Below are positions 59,318 to 64,000 of a DNA stretch of 64,000 bases, piece by piece. This stretch comes from an uncultured Gammaproteobacteria bacterium (GTDB taxonomy: Bacteria; Pseudomonadota; Gammaproteobacteria; UBA9214): positions 52,636 through 116,635 of the forward strand of contig CAVYZN010000002.1 in NCBI GenBank assembly GCA_963773065.1, in the 5' to 3' direction. Made by a program: the position numbers and the translations under genes. Position 1 is the first letter of the stretch. Each line of letters opens with the position of its first letter. Below the pieces are notes generated by a model, which saw nothing but the letters and a program-made list of their open reading frames with translations, was not told the origin of the DNA and made no database searches.

Positions 59318-59992
59318 CTAGGCTACTCGCCACTGTGTCATACGCCTTGCTTGCGCCGGCGCTGCGCCCATCCATCCGACTAAGGCAATGCCAGACAGGA
59401 ACAGCGGCAGCGCGGCCGGGACCGGCACGGCGGCAGGGGTGAATACAGCGACAGGGCGGGTGTTTTGGTCTGCGAAATTCCAGTAATACAACGAGGGTCC
59501 GCTCACGCTCCCATCGACAGGATCGACAGTTACAGTGGATCCCTGGACCAGCCGTGGTTGCAGTGTATTTGCTTTCCCACGTGCCTACGGTGTTTGTGTA
59601 GATCGCGTAGGGGACATAAAACAGGGCTGGGATGCAACGTCAGTACATACGCCTACGTTACTAGTTCCCGTCGGCGTGGTGTACTGGATGTTGGTGAAGC
59701 CGCCGGCATTGAGTCCGCCATTGATGGCATCGGTCACCGGGCCGGAGTCGGTCCGCGGTGTAGAAAAGCCAAAGATCGGGGCGGGGCTGGCAGGGTAATC
59801 TGGCAGGATCCAGGTGACATTATAGGTCGTCCCATTATACTCGACGCCGCTGCAGGAGGTGGCAATAGTACCGGTACCCACACAGACGACGGCGGCGGAG
59901 GCTTGCGAGGATAGGATACACAGTCCCAGCGTCAATATAGCCGCGTTAACCAGATCCATTAATCGAAATGTATTTAAACGGAATTTTTTCAT
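59318..59992 (-). CDS. VPxPA-CTERM (PEP-CTERM-like) surface protein, several frameshifts
   Basis: Signal peptide ending SSQASA, Thr/Gly-rich body, C-terminal AVPVPAALPLFLSGIALVGWM. A basic tail (QRRRKQGV*) lies in a neighbouring frame with its stop near 59338. Confidence 0.75.
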
Positions 59993-60082
59993 GATGTCAT
60001 TCTCCTTTTTTATATCAGATCTCGTTCTTTTCCGACTCGCTTACGGTTCTGACAAAACGGCTTGCAATCCAATCACATCTCT

Positions 60083-60133
60083 AAAAAATGCCCCCGGTCA
60101 GATGACCGAGCCGGGGGGAATTTACGGAGACGT
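60083..60133 (-). terminator. conserved motif + intrinsic terminator, copy 2
   Basis: Minus strand: ACGTCTCCGTAAATTC-ccccgg...ccggggg-catttttt. Confidence 0.78.
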
Positions 60134-60169
60134 TTGGAAAATGTTGAATACCTGTCATCACGTTCTCCG

Positions 60170-60222
60170 AAAAAATACCCCCGGTGGTTTAACCGATGCC
60201 GGGGGTGAATTTACGGAGACGT
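60170..60222 (-). terminator. conserved motif + intrinsic terminator, copy 3
   Basis: Minus strand: ACGTCTCCGTAAATTC-acccccgg...ccgggggt-atttttt. Confidence 0.78.
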
Positions 60223-60238
60223 AGAAATCTTTTCAGCC

Positions 60239-60924
60239 TTAAGCCCTGTCGCCACGGCGACGTGACACGGCGATCAGACCCAGCAAACCGGACCCAAACA
60301 GCCAGGCGGCGGCCGGCACGGGGAGGGATGTGATCGCCCGACCCGCCGTGGAGACCTTGGTGTTAGTTCCTGGACCCGGATCGCTTCCAGCAGGTTGAGA
60401 TAAACGACTTCACCCGTGCTGCAAATCGCCGCTGAGGCCGTCTCTTGCATTCCATGTTGTTCGTATTGAAGCCCCACAGCGTGTTGTCTGCTGAGCTAGC
60501 AAATTCGGGCCCGAAGATCGGCTGTCAGGTGAATCCTTTTGCCCCATCGATCGATTCCGCTGAGTCTTATACTGCCGCTTGCTTCGCCAGCTCAATGGTA
60601 GCCTTGAGGCTGAATTTCATCTTGCTGATGAGGAAGTGGTACCCGTATCGATCAAAAAATAGATTGGCCACGGAACCCTTGTATTGTTTTGCCGTTATTG
60701 TTTCCTTCCCGTTTTTATCTACCTTGGCTGTGACGGCGACCACATTATCGAAGTAGGGGAAGCTCCCATCTCTACCGTCCCGGAAGGGCACAACCGTTTA
60801 ACGGGAACTGCGTAGGGTCCGCACATCACGGTCAGCTGACAAGGGCAGCAAAACTGCTGCTGCTACCAAGGGCAACGGCGCCCATCACGCAGGCAACAGC
60901 CATTGATTTAATTGTATTGACCAT
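60239..60924 (-). CDS. second VPxPA-CTERM surface protein, fragmented by frameshifts (errors or pseudogene)
   Basis: MVNTIKSMAVACVMGAVALGSSSSFA signal peptide; C-terminus PVPAAAWLFGSGLLGLIAVSRRRGDRA* (stop at 60239); the middle is split over short ORFs. Confidence 0.72.
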
Positions 60925-61031
60925 GATCTCTCACTCCCTTAGTTTGGTATCAACAATTACCATGCAAGCCTAGGTACTGACTTGCATTCCTAAAAATTTG
61001 TGGTATAGGCAGGCATGAGATTTCATGAAAT

Positions 61032-61253
61032 TCAACCTGCCTGTTTCTTGTCCGGGGCCGAATAGCCATCGCGCTCGACGCTCTTCACGGGGCTGGCATC
61101 GCCTCGCAGAATCGCTTTCTTAAGCACGGAAATAAGTCCGGTAAACGATTGAAATGCGCGTTTCTCATCGGTACCCACCGTCTCCACCAACCCCGCAACT
61201 TCGTCGGGTTTTGTACGACTCCGCCGGTAAACCCGGACAATGAAGTTTTCCAT
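61032..61253 (-). CDS. small hypothetical protein (73 aa) downstream of the BTAD regulator
   Basis: MENFIVRVYRR....PDEVAGLVETVG..EKRAFQSF..L. Clean ORF with an upstream purine-rich RBS-like sequence. Confidence 0.7.
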   Translation of the reverse strand: MENFIVRVYRRSRTKPDEVAGLVETVGTDEKRAFQSFTGLISVLKKAILRGDASPVKSVERDGYSAPDKKQAG

Positions 61254-61565
61254 CGGATCTTCCTATCTAAAGGTTGTAATTGTTGTTGTGTTCTCTTTTA
61301 TGAAAAGAGGTTAGGCGCGGATGACTTACAGATAACTCACATATTCGGTATTTGCTCCAGGAGAAATAACAAACCAGCCTGATTCGTTGCTTACAGGACA
61401 CGACAGCGCCGAGGAAACCGGCGCATGCGCCGTGTTTCATGGATGGATATTAGCGAGCGGCGACGAACCTTCCCGTATACAGGAAGATCATTGAAAGAAA
61501 GGGATGCTGGGGGTAAACAGGCCGATCGGTCTGACACCGCCCGGTTTAGACAGGCGGCCGGCGGA

Positions 61566-62504
61566 TCAGGCCGTTTGTTTCTGCCGGCGCGCCTTCTTGA
61601 GAGACAGATAGATTGATTCGGTCTCGGGTTCCGGTTGAAGACCCAAGACGATAGAGAATAGTTGCCGACAGCGGCGATACACCGCCATTCCTTCCGATAG
61701 GCGACGCGTTTCGAGATGGCACTGCATCAGGCGCTGGTAGAACACCTCAATCAGGTCGTCGACTTCCAGACCCTTCTGATAACACAGGATGGCCTTATCC
61801 CATAAGCCATGGTTCTCCCAGTAACGTCCGACATCGAGGAGATTGTAGATAAACTTGCTGCGCAGACGCTCCCGCAGGGACACGGACCATGATGTCATAT
61901 CCTCTTTCGCGAGAAAATGATCCTGGTAAAGACTGAGGCTACGCTGCATCAACTGGTCTAGCTTGTAGGCGTCCTTGCCGGTTGCGTCCTTGCTCCTGAT
62001 ACGCTGCACATTGCCAAGCAGGCGTTCAAAGGTCCACACATCGACCCAGCAATGACGCGGGTCCAGCGATACCTTGCCATCCTTAAGAATCAGTATCTGG
62101 TCATCGCCAAACATCTTACGCAAACGGTACAAGGTGGTATCAAATGAACGCTGCGCATTGTCACCGTCGGCTTCAGGCCAGAGAGCGGACGTAAGACTCG
62201 ACGAACTGATATCACGCCCACCCAGCGCAATGAGGGTTTTCAGAAATACGAGTGGGCGGTGCGGAACCTTGCGTCCATAATCGAGCGGTTGATCCCGGTG
62301 CAGCAGAGTGAAACGGCCAAGTGTGAAAATCCTTACCGGCCAGGAATAGCCTTCGTTGGAGAGAGCGGGGAATTCACTGATGGCCAGATTTGATCTTTCG
62401 ACGAACTGCAGTTCACGATCCGACTTGCGCCGGAAGAATGCCGGGTTATCCTGCTCCGACAACCGAGTGCCATCAAACCCCTGCAATGATAACTGTTCGC
62501 TCAT
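61566..62504 (-). CDS. BTAD/SARP-type transcriptional regulator (wHTH + BTAD)
   Basis: WPVRIFTLGRF...LIALGG...LWPEADGD.A...FDTTLYRLRK...CWVDV..FE...LYQDHFL...RERLR...GLEVDDLIEVFYQRLM...YRRC..L...LG..P..ET. Confidence 0.88.
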   Translation of the reverse strand: MSEQLSLQGFDGTRLSEQDNPAFFRRKSDRELQFVERSNLAISEFPALSNEGYSWPVRIFTLGRFTLLHRDQPLDYGRKVPHRPLVFLKTLIALGGRDISSSSLTSALWPEADGDNAQRSFDTTLYRLRKMFGDDQILILKDGKVSLDPRHCWVDVWTFERLLGNVQRIRSKDATGKDAYKLDQLMQRSLSLYQDHFLAKEDMTSWSVSLRERLRSKFIYNLLDVGRYWENHGLWDKAILCYQKGLEVDDLIEVFYQRLMQCHLETRRLSEGMAVYRRCRQLFSIVLGLQPEPETESIYLSLKKARRQKQTA

Positions 62505-62620
62505 TATTCTTTTATCGATCAGCCGCTGGACAAGTGATTATACAATTCCGAATCCCGTTGTTATCACATGACACTATCTGCTATCCGTCATGATAAGGAA
62601 AATACAGTATTGATATAAAC

Positions 62621-64000
62621 GGTCTTCGCGTAATCGTGTGGGTGATTTTTGGTCATTTTAGCGGATCGGCAGCATGCACGTCAGTATCTTTAGCCGCAGA
62701 TACTCTTCATCGCGCAGCCCGTATGCGCGGCGCTGGATGACGCGGATCTTGTTGTTCAGGCCCTCAACGAAGCCGAGCGAGACTTTGTTCTCGGGCATGC
62801 AGTAGGCGGCGATTCCATCCCAATGACGCTCGATCATCTCAGCGAACTTCTCATAAGGCTTCAGGCGTTGCCACTTGAGGCTGGCACGCCAGTTGTCGAA
62901 GAAGCGCCGTGCCCAGCCCTCACGTTCGTAGTCCCAGAGCTGGCCAAAGGATTCCTTGAGCAGATAGGCGGTGTTGAGGCGCCGGTTGGCCGCCAGCAGG
63001 GCCTTCAGCGCCGTGCGGCCCTCCAGGCTCAGGTTCTCCTTGCGCGACAGCAGCGTGTACTTCTGCCCCTTGATGTAGCGTCGCTCTTTGCCGCTGAGGC
63101 GCGCGTACTCGCTCTTGCGTACCTGATCCAGGGCCTTGCCCAGGTGGCGCATCACATGGAACTTGTCGAACAGGATCGCCGCCTGCGGGGCGCGTTTCTG
63201 AGCCACATTGCGAAACGGCTTCCACATGTCCATCACCGCCAGGCGGATGCGTTTGGCCTTCTTTTCCCCGAGCCAGTCATAAAACTGCGCCATACTCGCC
63301 TCGGAACGGTCCGCGCCACCGAACCAGATCGGCTGGCAACGGATGAGATCGCTGACCACGATGCGGTAGGTGTGTCCCTTGCGAATCGAGATCTCATCGA
63401 TGCCGATCGCCTTGGGGCCCGGCGTACCCGCGCGGGCCAGTTGCGTCCGCATGTATTGCTTGTCCAGTGCCTTGACCGTGTGCCAGTCCAGGTGCAGTTC
63501 CTTGGCCACCGCCTTGATCGTGGCGCTGGCGCAGCGCCGGCCTACGTAATGGGCAAACCGCTTCGTGTACAGCGGATTGTCGGCCAGGAAGTCCAACCGC
63601 TCGCGCTTCACCTTGCCGCAGCGCCGGCACGCCACACGCCTGAGCTCCAGGTCGAGGTACACACGGGTGTCGCCGCAGGACAGGTCGCGCACCCGTCGGA
63701 CCTTGCGGTCGTACCAACCCGAATGCGCACGCCCACAGGCGCTGCAAACCGTTTTCTTGACTGCCGTGTGAGCGTGATGACACGGGCCTGCGGGTCACCG
63801 AACACACCGCGCACCGTGGCTTGGGGACGGAAACCGGGAAAGATGAGCGCATTGGCCAATCGGCGGGGTCGTTTGCGTGAAGTAGCCATCGCGTTATCAT
63901 GCCAAAATCCTGTGCCTCAGCAAATGCAGTTTATGCCAGTAATTACAGGGCCTGGTCACGCTGCAAGGCCGGTTTTTACCCACACGATTACGCGATGACC
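62621..64000 (-). mobile_element. ISL3-family insertion sequence (about 1380 bp)
   Basis: Terminal inverted repeats GGTCTTCGCGTAATCGTGTGGGT (62621) and ACCCACACGATTACGCGATGACC (ends at 64000), one mismatch. Confidence 0.93.
62658..63889 (-). CDS. ISL3 transposase with a -1 shift near 63752
   Basis: Zn-finger CSACG...CRRCG, IGIDEI, MDMW, FDKFHV, EGLNNKIRVIQRRAYG. The N-terminus MATSRK...GVFGDP is in another frame. Confidence 0.92.

Noticed and set aside
59201-60222. The three-copy motif as a CRISPR array
   Set aside because: Spacing is irregular, a gene lies between copies, each ends in a terminator with a T run, and no cas genes are present.

Overview
GC-rich gammaproteobacterial chromosome segment. 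About 1-39 kb is a conserved housekeeping supercluster: hom, alaC, rpoS-nlpD-pcm-surE, Smr, ispF-ispD-ftsB-eno-kdsA-pyrG-tilS-accA-dnaE, an inserted GGDEF gene, rnhB-lpxB-lpxA-fabZ-lpxD-skp-bamA-rseP-dxr-cdsA-uppS-frr-pyrH-tsf-rpsB (with its t44-like leader), then map-glnD. About 44.5-59 kb holds a DMT transporter, dapC-dapD-dapE, a TatT/TRAP transporter, a DUF302 gene, tsaB, a YoaA-like helicase, an lpoP-like gene and mrcB. Many essential genes carry single-base frameshifts, most likely long-read assembly errors. Two accessory regions stand out. (i) At 39.1-44.5 kb, an island after glnD has a clear integron attC site but no integrase in the window, two cassette-like genes (a PD-(D/E)XK-like nuclease and a membrane-anchored protein split by an intact IS4 element), two 77-bp palindromic elements bracketing those genes, a GSU2403-type nucleotidyltransferase and a DUF6516/HTH toxin-antitoxin-like pair. 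(ii) At 59.2-64 kb, a BTAD/SARP-type regulator, a small partner gene and two VPxPA(PEP)-CTERM genes are followed by three copies of an invariant ACGTCTCCGTAAATTC motif fused to variable terminator hairpins (a candidate multicopy sRNA family), and the window ends with a complete ISL3. Product calls rest on recognising motifs and synteny; no searches were run.
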